A stretch of DNA of 60,454 nt, the filler included, from Sphacelaria rigidula (lineage: Eukaryota), in NCBI GenBank assembly GCA_964200075.2. It is 5 parts of 5 records of this genome, joined end to end, with 100 filler letters (N's around TTAATTAATTAA, not from the genome) between each part and the next. Parts side by side here need not be neighbours in the genome. Positions count along the whole stretch, not along the records: positions 48,446 to 60,454 come from CAXNAA020004234.1; 4 more parts are not named here. The stretch is one strand, 5' to 3'. The translations under genes were made by a program, and so were the position numbers. Of this stretch, positions 48,684 through 60,454 are shown in pieces. Under the pieces are notes generated by a model. It was given only the letters and a program-made list of their open reading frames with translations, did not search any database and had not been told where the DNA came from. Each line of letters opens with the position of its first letter. Position 1 is the stretch's first letter.

Positions 48684-51600
48684 CGGAAGGTTGGTCCTGA
48701 ACTTCGCCCTCACCACGCCGTTCGTACCGTGGCCGCGGCACACGTTCCCCCAGACTACCCGGTACTTTGTGCCGTTCTTCAAAGTCTTCGCCTAGACCGC
48801 TCAAAAGCGCGCAAGGGCGGAAACAGGGAATAGAGATCTCCCATCAGGCAATCAGTATGGCCGATTGACCGACATGATATCCTCATGTAAAATTCACGCA
48901 AGTTGTTTCCAGGGCGCCCATGCTCACTTCCCATTTTCGTCACTTTCAAGACTGTTGATACCATATACCCTCATTTCGCATCCTCACGGCACTGGATTTT
49001 GACCGGAGAATATAATAAGTATCCAGTAGGCCCGAGGAAACCAGGATCCCAGAATTTTGTAGCCGTCATCACAACATGCCTCATCCAAGTCTTGTGCTAG
49101 TGGTCCCCGGGAGCATGCACGCACTACAGCGCGTCGGTGACAACAAATTTTCACTTTAGTCGGTGGCCGACATGGGGTATTGGCATGAGACTCACCGCGT
49201 CTGAGAGAAACCATCGGCCACAGCAGCATAGCACGCGACATAGAATGAGCCGGCTTCGCCCAACCGATAAATAATATCATGTGATCAGCAAAAGAAATTG
49301 CTCGAGGCCAAAGATCGTTTGGGCAAGTCACGTCGATTATTTGCGACATTCATTAAAAAATATAAGCTGCATCCCAAAATATAAATCGTAGGCACACCGT
49401 GAAAATCGCGAGGCTCATACCGGTGCTGTTAAAGTACGAGGCCATGTGCAGCAAAAACTTTGTAGTAAGGAGAATAAAACTGACCATGATCATCATTCCC
49501 TCATGAGACTAACCTTGTAGATGTAGGCAACACGCTTCCCGAGGTAAAAGTTAGACGCCTCCTTGTCCTCCACACCCTGTAAAAAGAGGGGGTGGACACG
49601 CCGGATTAGATCAAGTATTTTACTCGAATGTTACGATAACACGGTTACCATCTAGGGTCACGACACGGACACCTTTGGGACATTTAAAAGAGTCATGCCT
49701 GACGCCGAACACCATTTTTTCAAGAACAATTCCAGAGGTGGAACCAACATCGAGCATCTCAATTTCCGGGTGCTTCCAAGTACAGATTTCTCACGTCCCC
49801 ACTGCCGACCGAACCTTCAGACTCCCAAGTGTACCACATCAGACGACATATCAGTTGGAAGAAAGGCTTATGGCTGAAGTCAGATTGGTGAGTATCAGAA
49901 AAGAGGATAGAACATTTACCACAGAACCAAACTCATGAACAAAAATCAAAATTCGACAGCCAAAACGTTGACTCCCTCAATTTGGGGCCGTCATCCTCGG
50001 TGTAGCCATTATTTACTCGTGAGATGAAAATAGGGCTCATCGTTCTTCCTACCCCCCTACCCCGGGCTCCTCAAGACTTGTTAAAGGTTGGAGGAAGGAT
50101 TGCCAGAACCTGCAGTAAACAATTACGTGAATCGACCGATTATCGCACTCTAACTGATACGTCAGGTTGAATATGCGAAAGTATCGAACTTGCCCGAGTC
50201 GTTTGACCCACAACCACGCATCCACTTCCGAGACGGGGCATTCGGGGGGGGGGGGGGGTACCCGTGACCTCGCGTGCCAGAATAATACAACAACCGAGTG
50301 GAGGGGGGGCTCCACGGTTCATTGATGACTTCTCTCGCGGAGTATACCTCATGTTGAACAGCTAACGCGAGTGTACAATTGCCTGCAGGCGTGAGGTGGG
50401 AGCTCTTGAGGAGGGGGATTTAAATTGTACATGATCTGAGGTTCCCTCACAGGGGAATGTATTTTGAACTGCTCACCTGAATCTTGATGAGCGAGGTGTG
50501 GTGGTACGTGTTCCGAAGGCCACGCTTGAAGCCAAGCATTACGCCCTTCACGTACAACCGTACGGGCTGATATCGCCAAGAGGAGAAAAGAGAAGCACGA
50601 ACAAAGAGGGACGGTCGTCGAGGAGGCGATACGATGGAAGGGAGGGAATGGTGGAGGCAAGGGGGGTTAGAAAGGGATCAGTCCACTTGGGTTTGGCTGG
50701 GAATCGTGCCAGGTCCCTCACAGGTGGGTGTAGGAAGGGATCACTCCACTTGGACCGCTTCTTCAGATGAAAAATCTCTCGACGTCCTTTCAAACCTTTC
50801 ATGACGGATGATTGGCGTAATGCGGGCCTTGGCGGATTTGGCCTCTGTGGGAAAATTCGGCGATTTTTTCCGAGAGGATTCTACCGCACGATTCCTTTTG
50901 TTTGTTTGCCCAGTTTCCCGGTCCACCCAACTTTGATGTTCTTCAGTCGACGGCAAATTCGTCCAGCTGTCGGTAAAAAGACGTACGTCGTGAACAAGAC
51001 AGCAGATCTTTCCGAAAGGCAATCCGCCGAGGTCCGTGTTCCGCCAATAATCCGTGGTACGACGTTAAAGAGGCAGTTTTCAGAGAGACTTTTTTTCAGT
51101 CCGCAAGAAGCGGCTTCAACCAGCTGTATCATGTTGGATAACCTTGTTCAACAAATGTGGCCCCGTTCAGGCATACTGTAAACGCTTCGTTCATGGTCAA
51201 AAGAGTGGGGAAGGAGGCGACGGGATCAAGAGGTGTACCGGCTCTTACAGTACGTTAACCCTTTTGAACTCACTGACGAATTTCATTTCCGTGAATCGGC
51301 ATCACTCTGGCTCGAAAATGACTGAAGTTGATGCCGATTCACGAAAATAAACATCGTCAGTGGGTTCCAATGGGGATAACGATGGGGGGCATAATTTTCA
51401 GTTTACACAACCACGACATGCGTGTTACCGCTGATCCGAGAGGAGCAGGTGACACGATCAAGATATCTCCCCTTCCGTATTGGACAGTCAGTTCAACGAT
51501 GAAGACAGCACACGGAACCCACCGTGACCACATCGATGGAATAGTCAAGCGCGCATCTGCCCGAAATATCCTGAGTCTGTCTAGATGACTTCGGGAGCAG

Positions 51601-52458
51601 CCAAGCTCCCAACGCCTTATGAAACTTAAAATATTGCAAGGGTCACGATAACATAAGCGAACTGCAGGTTTTGCTCCTTTGTCGTTCATCATCCAAACTC
51701 GTCTAGAGCTTGTTTATCGTGCGACATCTCCTCCACATCGTGAGCCCATTTCACTAGTGTGTGTTGGACCCCCTAGTAGTTGGTCTTGGTATTCAGTACC
51801 GAGTCTTCGCTAGCTGTCAAAGCTCCGGACTCGTCGTCATACCGTTTCTGATCTTCATGTGGTGTTCAACCATCATATGCCTTACAGTACAGCACTAATT
51901 GTGATCCATCGCTTGTTTTCGGGTCACGACTGGTGTGAGAAGACGTGCGGTGCCAAACGTTTGTGCTTCTGTCTTCATATTGCAGACTTTACTCGCCACG
52001 GCAGCTTGCGGTGGGACGGCGCTTCATCACGTCATTTCGGCAGCCATGCATCAGGATGAGCAGTGCGAAAGGCCTGTACTGTCTTCGCGCCTCCTATGAT
52101 GAAGGTTCATTAGACTACGGAAGGTTCAATGAAGACTACACGGGCACATGGAGCTTCATCCAAAAAATCGCCTCCGAGACGCTGATACAGGATATCACGG
52201 TACCAACGTATCAACAGTGTACGGTTATACAAGTGTCACCATTTCCGCTTTCGTCTTCGTGATTCATTTAACGAGGCAGGACGGATCAATTTTGGGTCGC
52301 TAGACTCCGTGCGTGGAAAAATGCTAAATCTTGCTGTCCGTGGACCTCATCTCCTGCACGGCACAGCACAGCACAGCAACTCAGAACCAACCAGGAGCAA
52401 AATTTTCAAGATGCCTGATTCCATCTCTCACCTGGCCGGCGCGCGGAGAAGTGCCCAT
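48684..52458 (-). CDS. RPL35A: 60S ribosomal protein L35a (eL33), 3'-partial. Coding exons 52432-52458, 50477-50566, 49514-49576, 48684-48791
   Basis: All introns are GT-AG, phase 0. Splices to [96 protein letters not shown], which carries the L35Ae motifs. The last exon lies beyond the contig. The first coding exon is less certain than the others. Confidence 0.95.
50757..51110. mobile_element. Foldback MITE family C, intronic in RPL35A
   Basis: Ends GCTTCTTCAGATGAAAAATCTCTC / GAGAGACTTTTTTTCAGTCCGCAAGAAGC. Internal CCTTTCAT...GGCCTTGGCGGATT.G..CCTCTG is shared with 46770-47140. Confidence 0.75.
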
Positions 52459-53169
52459 GTTGCTGCAGTTCAGGAAACATGATACCCCAATGAATGCCAT
52501 GGATCGATCAGTCAGTCGCCGGTCACGCCCAGTATGTTACCATCCATCATATGCGTGCCCCCGCCAGGCGAGAAGGCACCGGACAAACGCGAGGTAGAGA
52601 CATTGCAGTGAACAGGATGGGATACCGTTAATGGTGCATCGACCCAATCGTGAGAGATTTTTCATCGGTAGCAACGATGCCTACGGTGTTTAACCCAACC
52701 GTTCGCTCCATCTCTTGCCGCCGTACGCCGCGAGCGAAAGGCATTGCACTCCACCTCATATACTGACTGTACAATACTGCCGGCACTGTCTGTAACGGTA
52801 CCCTGCACCATATACATGCCGTAGGTGTAGTCCGGGTAGGCGCAACGAACACGCTCGAGATGTCTCACGTCAAAATGGACACGCAAACAGCGGCAACGTA
52901 CCAAATTCCCCAGACAATAAGAGGCCGACGAGAACACATGACTGTCCCCTACAAAAATTACTCGAATGCGACTGACCTCCGTGCCTCCCTTCCAGCACAA
53001 AGCAGACCGCGCAGGCCACCCGAACACTACAGACTACCGTCAGACTGAAACGGACGACTTTTTGAGAACCCAACTTGAAACGAAGTAGATGAAGCACGGA
53101 TAGCGAAACTCGCGCAAGTAGTACACAGTCAAGTAACTCAAGGTAGCAATGGCGCTGACACGTACTCAC

Positions 53170-53300
53170 ACAGGTTTCCGCTTAGCTGACCACACCAAGC
53201 TGTGGACGCCCAACAGGTGTGAGCGGAGCCACGAAACAAAGTCCAAAGGATCATGACACAAAATCGCGGTGAAAACTAAATAATGACGTCAAAAGCTACG
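53170..53300 (-). promoter_or_regulatory. Candidate non-coding first exon and promoter of RPL35A
   Basis: The ATG exon is preceded by an acceptor (CTGCAG|CAACATG). A strong donor GTGAGTAC lies at 53162-53169, a pyrimidine-rich stretch at about 53230-53250, and the palindrome TGACGTCA at 53284-53291. Confidence 0.4.
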
Positions 53301-55659
53301 TAATATTCGATCTATCGATCTATCCTTCGACTACTACTGTTGAACGTCATTGCTGTATCTATCGAGGTGGAACATCATATCGAACACGAGCACGTGCATG
53401 TTGATATGTGGTATGTGACCTATGTCGTCTCGGTTCGTGGTTTGTGGTTTTTTCGGGAACTAGATCAGGTGAAGGCATTCGAGGAACATGTGAGACGGAA
53501 GGAAAATGGCTGATGATGCTATGGCACAAGATGAACCTACACCTACAAAACAAGAGATCCCACCAACACGTAAACGACGACAGTTTTAGTAGGGACAACA
53601 GGTGACAGTCAGTGTCAACAGCGAAACACCCTGTCTTCGAACCAGGAGAAACAGTCACACGGTGGTAGAACTGTGGTATCCACCCCTCAGGCATCATCGC
53701 CTGCAGGAACTCTGATCGGCAGTGACATCAGGGTGAGAGCGAGCGAGAGTGGCAGAGGAAGGGGACCTCTCTGCGACAAGGAAGTGCAGTTTGACTGCGC
53801 CTTCCTCAGTGAGACAGGGCTTGCCCACAGGACAGTGCGGCAGTAAAACTAGTGCGGAGTATTTCGTGTGCGATGCTTTCCACCACCCGCCGCCCTCGAC
53901 CAACCAGGAGAAGTTTACGCGTCGCAATGAAGAACGCGCAACTGAAGCGAAGTCTTGGTTGTTCATGACCAATCTCGTCTAGCCCGTGCGTCCGTCATTA
54001 TTCCAGGTTGCACGCCGAGCAGCGCGTAATGCCTGTGTGTTGCTCCGGATTGCTTTTACTCCGCTTGGAGGCGGAGTTGTCAAGGGCAAAAACACTTCCT
54101 GTTGAACTTGCTGCGGCGTCTGCTTCACTGTTGTACCCAAGACGAAAAGCACGGAGCTGGAGCTCGCAAATCTCCGCAAGGCATCCAAGGATTCCGGCAC
54201 GATGTCGGCCTTGTGTACGAAACGACGGAAGGTAGTGGGCGGTAGATGGAGTACGTCCGGAGGACTCCCGACTGGTTCACCTCCGAATCTGCGATTTCTT
54301 GCGGGGAGTAGTCCGTTAATGTAGCCCGTGCCACCTCCCTTGATTACCAGAAAAACAAGGAAGGCTTAGTTCCCACGGTGGCTGAGAACCTGGTTCCTCC
54401 GCCCGCACCGAGGACAATTCTTGTTCAGGGGATACCACTGATGACCGACAACCATGTGAGTCATGTTATATGGCAAAGGCCGTCGCACCGCTCGTCGTCG
54501 GCATTTTCTGTGCAACGCTTGCACTTGATTTACATCCACGCAATCGCCGCCAGCTGTAGTCCTTTTCTCACTCTCTATCTGCACTCGGTGTAACGGTCTC
54601 TGCGCTCTCAGATATTACGTCATGTCCAGCTGCAATTCATGCTATTATACAGTTAGTACAGAGGCCGGAACCAACATCCTCTTGACCCTTTCCACCCGAG
54701 CGTAGGTCATCTGATGAATTGGGATGATTTTTCGCTTAAAAAATTAAAGGAAAATCCTGACGATGACCCGGTCTGTTATCCAAAGCGTTGGAGCTCGAAT
54801 ATCCTCATGATAGAGGACGATTCTGCATGTACGCAGTATTTTCAGAGTGTTTTCAGTACTCACGACTCACGAGTACCCGGAGTATCGACTGATAAACGTA
54901 CCAAGTATCGAAGAGTACCTAGAGCATCGACACCCTCAAATTACTCGTACTCGTTCTCTACCCAATACCCGGCATATTAAAAGGGTTGTGCTTTTGAACG
55001 CCCACCTTTTATGTTCCGAATTTTACCCGCTGACGGTCCGCTTGTTCGTGGGGGATGGTTTGCTAGACGTAAATGGACGCTAGAGGGACATGGACGTGTG
55101 GCACAGGTACTGCACAGCTGGACAAAATATGATCAAGAGCTACAATTGCAAAAAATGTACTGCGTAAAGTATTGGCCTATACTTCTCGTAGTTGTTGTTG
55201 TTATTGTTGTTGTCGTAACGTTGAAAATTGTTCCGATACCTGCGCCGTACTCTGTACTGGGCATCTGGTGCGGAAGCCTTCCGTGGTCACAGGCTAACTA
55301 TCCAAAATAAGGCACAAGGAAGTGAAAAAAATCACAAGGACGCGATACAAAAGTAAATGAATAAATAAGTAGACATAAGAGGAAAATACTGTCAACCTCA
55401 TAAGCTCCGGTAAGGCAGGCGACCATTCGGTCTACTGGAGGCGGGTCCTAAATGGCCCGTTCAAGACGCAAGAGCCAAACTCAGAAACCAAGAGTGCGAT
55501 TTTTGTATATTGCGGCTGTTACCCATGTTATAGTGTCCAGGGTGTGAAATATTGCACAAGAATTTTCAGCCAATAGGCGTGTGCGAGCCTCTCGCCATGG
55601 TTGGAGGGAGAAGGGTGCACATTTCTGTTCTGTTCATACCCTTGGACTCTGTCTTCTTT

Positions 55660-55697
55660 GTTATTATTACTATTACTATTACTATTACTATTATTCT
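55660..55697 (+). repeat. (TATTAC)n microsatellite
   Basis: Read directly. Confidence 0.9.
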
Positions 55698-57039
55698 TCA
55701 TGCTCTTTGACTTAATCACCGCTGCTACTTGGCTTCACTAAGATAAATGAAAAAATATTATATTGACCGCGGATCATGCACGAATATCCATGACGCGCGC
55801 GCGGCAACCGCCTTGTCCATGCAAGCATTTTGGGGCACATTTCTGGCGTTTCTGGGGTTCTACAACTCCCATCCTCAAAGCAACTTTCAACTGAGGGATT
55901 CGCCCCCCCATTTATCGGACGGCTTGCTGCAACACAATCGGTTGGTTGCCGGGAGATATCACCCTTGAGCCTCAGCAGCCTCTACGTACTCCACACTACT
56001 ACAGCACATCCACGAACGCCGACTCTGCAACTGGAGCACCTACACAGCGCCCACGGTAGCCAGTCTTCCTGTGACCGCGGTGTTCTCACTTCGTCCCTCC
56101 ATGAGACACAACTCCCGAAAAAAACGTGTCCATTTAGCGCCCAAGGAGCCCGGGGTTTCAAGGGAGTGAGGACCCTTCTTATCGCGGCAGAGATACGATG
56201 TAAAAAATGTGATAACGAGCACGATAACTGTGTGGCGAACAGTCCCCGTTTTTTTTTGGGGGGGGGTGCCCAGGAGACAGGGAAGAACCTTCGCCGTGTA
56301 CTTTGCTATTTCTAGTTTCGTGCAGCGCTTTGGGTGTGCTCCAGCCCCCCCCCCCCCCTCCTCACAATTGGTCCTCAAGAATAGTCCATGTGTGCCAACC
56401 GTGTTACGCTCCTTTTTGCGGTCTTATTACTCGCTCTATATTGACAATTATTTTCGTCTCGTATGTGCTATTATTTGACTGTAACACTGTGCTTACAGCT
56501 ACACGTTGATATCCTACTCAAGAATATCAAAGGCTTCAGTGGCAAGCTACTACAGAAAGTGTTTCGGGCCGCGTGTAGGGGCATTTCGGAACCGATACAT
56601 TTCATTCATTAATTGACCTATTTTCACTCTCAACCGTATCCTTGACTCTCGATCTCACAAAAACATTGTTGAACGCGGTTTGCGGAAACGATGAAAACAC
56701 GCATCATTGTCAGGCAGACAATAGGCATACTACATAATTTTGCCGTGCTTGAGGGAGGAGAATTATTGTCTTTTCTTGCTCGCCGTGCACTCATTCTGCT
56801 GTGTCAAGCAGTCATGTTTGTATGGACATGAGCACATGTGCTGCTGGCGCAATCATCACTGCTGCCGTGCTGTACTGAGACGGTAATATGCCAATGCCTG
56901 TGGCTCATGAAAATATAATCTGACGCGCGGTGCGTACGTGTCAACGGCCTTTCATATGTTGGCGTTGTCTCCTCATCAACAACAACTCCCCCCTTCCCTC
57001 CCCCCCAAATCCGGACCCCCTCCCTCTATGCAGTTGTCA

Positions 57040-57398
57040 TCGGTTGGCAACGACGCCGTAAAACACGCCACTGCGTAAGCTAGGCAACCAAGTTACCGTT
57101 TGTTTTTTCGCGCGCTTGCGTTTTTCTTGCGGTAACTATGATGGCGTTAACAGAAAATAGAGCAATTCATTACTGGCTGTCATCCCAACGCGGGATAGTC
57201 AGTACGCTTCGGGCCGAACAATCTTAGCAGGACGCAGCTCACCCTTCATGCGACTCGCCGAACACACCACGGCGCTTCGCGCTTGGTGATTGATTGCGAG
57301 CCTGGTCCAGCGAAAACTCGGCGTGCTCCGCCCCGGCTTTGTAGGGATACGAATCCAATGGTCTTATTACTACGGCGTGCTTGATCACGAGTATACCC
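57040..57398 (-). repeat. Dispersed repeat family A, inverted and internally deleted
   Basis: Reverse complement of both end segments of 4805-5310 and 9760-10290. Confidence 0.85.
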
Positions 57399-59876
57399 AA
57401 CATCCCGAAACCCTCCCGCCAACCTTCACACCAGGGGCCCGCGTGATACAGGAGCTAGAAACCTCTGTAGGCGATGACTGCGATATCCTGTTGCAATTAT
57501 ATTTGTCGAACAAGTCCAGTCGGGGTACTTTCACACCGGCATGCATGAAGGGCTCAAATTCGACTTGCTCCCAGTCAAGGGGTTGCACCCGGGTGCACCA
57601 TGGGTGTTATACAACCCTCTCGGAACTGAGCAACTCTCCAGCAACGAGTCTTAGCCTGAAGATTTCGGATATGGGCATCGTTGACGTGGTCCTAGTTGTG
57701 TCTCATATTTTCGCCAGTGTGAAGAATTTTTCAGACCCGTGCGCGGACGAGAAGAGCTGGGAATGGCACTCATGATTGGACACTTTCTACGATAGCCCCC
57801 CCCCCTCCCCCGAAAAAAAGGAGCTGGCTTGACGAGGCAAAATCTACACGTAAATCGAAATGAAAAGGTCGGGCATAACGACCAGCTGGGAATTCCCACG
57901 CTTGGGCTTGTTTTTATCAATGTCGCCCATATGAGGCGCTTCATGCAGCGTAGAAGCAAACATCAGGCGCTGATATATGGTCATTTTCTTCTCGACAGTT
58001 TTGGGCTGGTTTTGGGGGGTGGTTGTCGTAGAACGAGTCATTGATTGGTCATTTCGATGCTTCTCGTACATGCTACACTGTTGCCTCAGTTTACAGGCGT
58101 ACAAAGCACCAAGTATGGCCCTGCGCAGTAGCGTCCTTATAGCGTAAACCCACCACCATCATCTAGCGGTAGCGTTGCACACAGTGTTACAACAGTAGCA
58201 GCAGGGGTGTCTGGTACCCTTCCTCATCTGCCTACATGTTGCATGTTATGTGGTGGCTCAAATAGAATGTTACCGTCGAAAATTCATGGCACTCTTCACG
58301 GGACCTGCTTCAAAACCCCAGACACCGTGTTTGTGCTGCTGAACTATACGTGGTCGATTGGTCGCCGTCAAAACCCGAGATAACCTCCAACAAGCGAGGG
58401 TGGGTGTGCAACCAGATTCCACACGGCTCGCAGCGCGAACACGGTATATAATGTGATGAAGAAAATAGTTTCGGCCTAAACCAAAAATCGGTGATCTCTT
58501 GAATTAACTGTTGGCACTGCCCGCGATAAATGCACAAAGGACCCTTGGGCGTATCGTTTTCTCGAAGCAAGGAGAGACCGGGTGGTGCACAACATGGCGT
58601 GCTTGTGGCCCTTCCCAAGTAACGAGTGCGGGGCATGTCAAGGAACGGTTACATTGCGTAGTGCCCAAAGTGTTTCCGTGATTCTGTACCCCATGGGCTC
58701 ATTGCTCCCTGTTTTACTGCAAGGGTCATATGACAGCATGACGCGTTGCACTACGAATCTGTAGCCCCCAAGGACGGACGAGTTTCGTTGGTCCTATAGT
58801 CATTATCCACGCTCCTGAGAAAAACAAACAAAAATAGCCGACGGACTCGGCGCCTGAATATAGTGACGTACAGTAGTACACTGGTGCTACTTTTCGATTT
58901 TTGCTACATAGATGAGTCCTAACAGGTGACGGACCTCGACTCTAGAGTAACATCAGCACATGTGCTCTCATCGGTTCCAGACGAGTATCTAAAAAATACT
59001 TCTGAGTTTCTTCGAGAAAAAATCGCGAGACGTGGATATTCCACTACTTTTGTGATCGGTAACCGGCTCTAATTCACACCCTGGACGATAAATAACATTT
59101 TCAACAAGTGTATCACATACAGTTTCGACTGATGCGCCTATTGCAACATACAATAGATCCCATGAGGTACGCAGTACACTGTTTGATAATGTAATGCTTC
59201 GTATATATTGTCATTATCCAGGATGTGCTCAAGTTGCAACTCTTGTTTGGTGTCCCCCACGATCGCCGCAGACGTCAAACTTTCCTGGTCGAGATTTGCA
59301 CGGAGACGACACACTGAGCGGTTCTGGAAACGCTTCGGTGGTTGAGGAGCCATCCTGTTCAAAACAAAGTGCCTTCGCCCTCACGGTGAATACATTTTTT
59401 TCGTCTGATATTACAGATCTTTAGTAGTTGTACCAACGCTCATTTTGTGTTTATATCCTTCAGAGAAAATTATCCGAGGTCAAGGTTCGTTACTCGCGAT
59501 GATTTATCGTTGTTGTGCAGTTCGGTGTAGTTCACATTCATCGCTGTTTTGTGTCGTGCTTTTCAGAGAGTTGTCGCTTGCGCGTCTGACAGTGCCATCA
59601 AGTCTCGGCCTCGGGTACCTCTCAGAAACCTGCATGCCAGATCGCTCTCGTAAGAGGTACTCGTGGGTATTACCGGCAGCTTTGAATAAGAGTCGGGTCC
59701 TTGGAACATGAAACGCACCTGTATGTGTGCTTTTTTGCTGCCGAAAACTTGATTGACACACGTTTCTGAAGGCTGCAACTCGGACGTTGACGGTGCTGGT
59801 TGGTCTCGGCCCCGGACACCATTCTGCTATCCACATCCCAGCGCACTTGTCCGGTTTGGATTTACGGACAACGGTG

Positions 59877-60133
59877 GAGCAATGCTACGGTAGGGGCACA
59901 CTTTTTTCGCGAAATTTTGTCCAGTTCAGGGGCTCCTAACGATTCTAGATGTACAATAATATGGGTCAGGGCATCCCCGTTTGCAAATTTATTCGGGATC
60001 TCCCCAGCACATTGGAGTAGTAATCCTGGCGTACTTTTACATATTTTCATGAGTGGTATGCTGCATGAGATCAAGGGCTCCTATTGATTCTAACCTCAGG
60101 AAATATTTATGCACCCCTACCGTAGCATCATTC
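59877..60133 (+). mobile_element. MITE family B, complete (257 bp), 4-bp TSD GGTG
   Basis: TIRs GAGCAATGCTACGGTAGGGG / CCCCTACCGTAGCATCATTC. GGTG lies at 59873-59876 and 60134-60137. Confidence 0.88.
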
Positions 60134-60190
60134 GGTGTTGAATGAGCCGCAAGAGTCACGACCAAGATACATGTTATTTTGAATTTATTT

Positions 60191-60256
60191 TGATTGATTG
60201 TCGCACTTTTAACTGACCCCCCAGGGGTCCAGCCGTGGTGGCATGATAGACGTACC
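60191..60256 (-). mobile_element. Retroposon 3' end with (CAAT)n tail
   Basis: Reverse complement of 35421-35490. Confidence 0.75.
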
Positions 60257-60454
60257 CAAGAAAAGCAAAACTGAAAGACTCAAAATGTATACCCTTTCAA
60301 AAACGTTGTCAAATCCTCCTGCGAACACTGAACACACCTTTGTCTTCTACGGGGGGGGGGGGGGGGGGGGGGGGCGTACCCCTTTTTTTTTTGCTTTGGT
60401 CGTTTGCCCTTGGGCCTTTGGCCCCCCACCCCTTACGAACGGGGGCCCCCCCTT

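Noticed and set aside
48990-49500. C/D snoRNA candidates in an RPL35A intron (minus-strand GTGATGA at 49066-49072, ATGATGA near 49490)
   Set aside because: No CTGA D box at a suitable distance and no terminal stem.
53500-54600. Divergent gene upstream of RPL35A (MADDAMAQDEPTPTKQEIPPTRKRRQF*)
   Set aside because: Early stop, no consistent exon chain and no recognisable family.
58910-58945. Hammerhead-like GATGAGTCC...GGAC
   Set aside because: Lacks the CUGA start and the GAAA core. Other CTGATGA sites (10914, 31551, 54711) also showed no convincing fold.

Overview
This is repeat-rich eukaryotic DNA. The gene structure (many short GT-AG exons, long introns) and the repeat content suggest a brown alga or other stramenopile, which is inference only. 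The window is five size-sorted contigs (12012, 12012, 12011, 12010 and 12009 bp) joined by artificial 100-bp N-TTAATTAATTAA-N linkers, so adjacency across linkers means nothing. Contig 1 holds five exons of an FAD-dependent amine-oxidase/desaturase-like gene, a long foldback, dispersed repeats, and a non-coding array with a strict 29-bp period (13-bp palindromic core plus 16-bp variable segment). Contig 2 is one large decayed Ty3/gypsy element with a GAG...CTC MITE inserted in its RT. Contig 3 holds a decayed APE-RT LINE and a Ty1/copia relic. Contig 4 holds a tRNA-headed SINE-like element, two Helitron-like 3' ends and several foldbacks. Contig 5 holds RPL35A (last exon off-contig) and more MITEs. 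The 29-bp array is the best candidate for something undescribed, although a diverged dimeric minisatellite or transposon subterminal array remains a mundane explanation.
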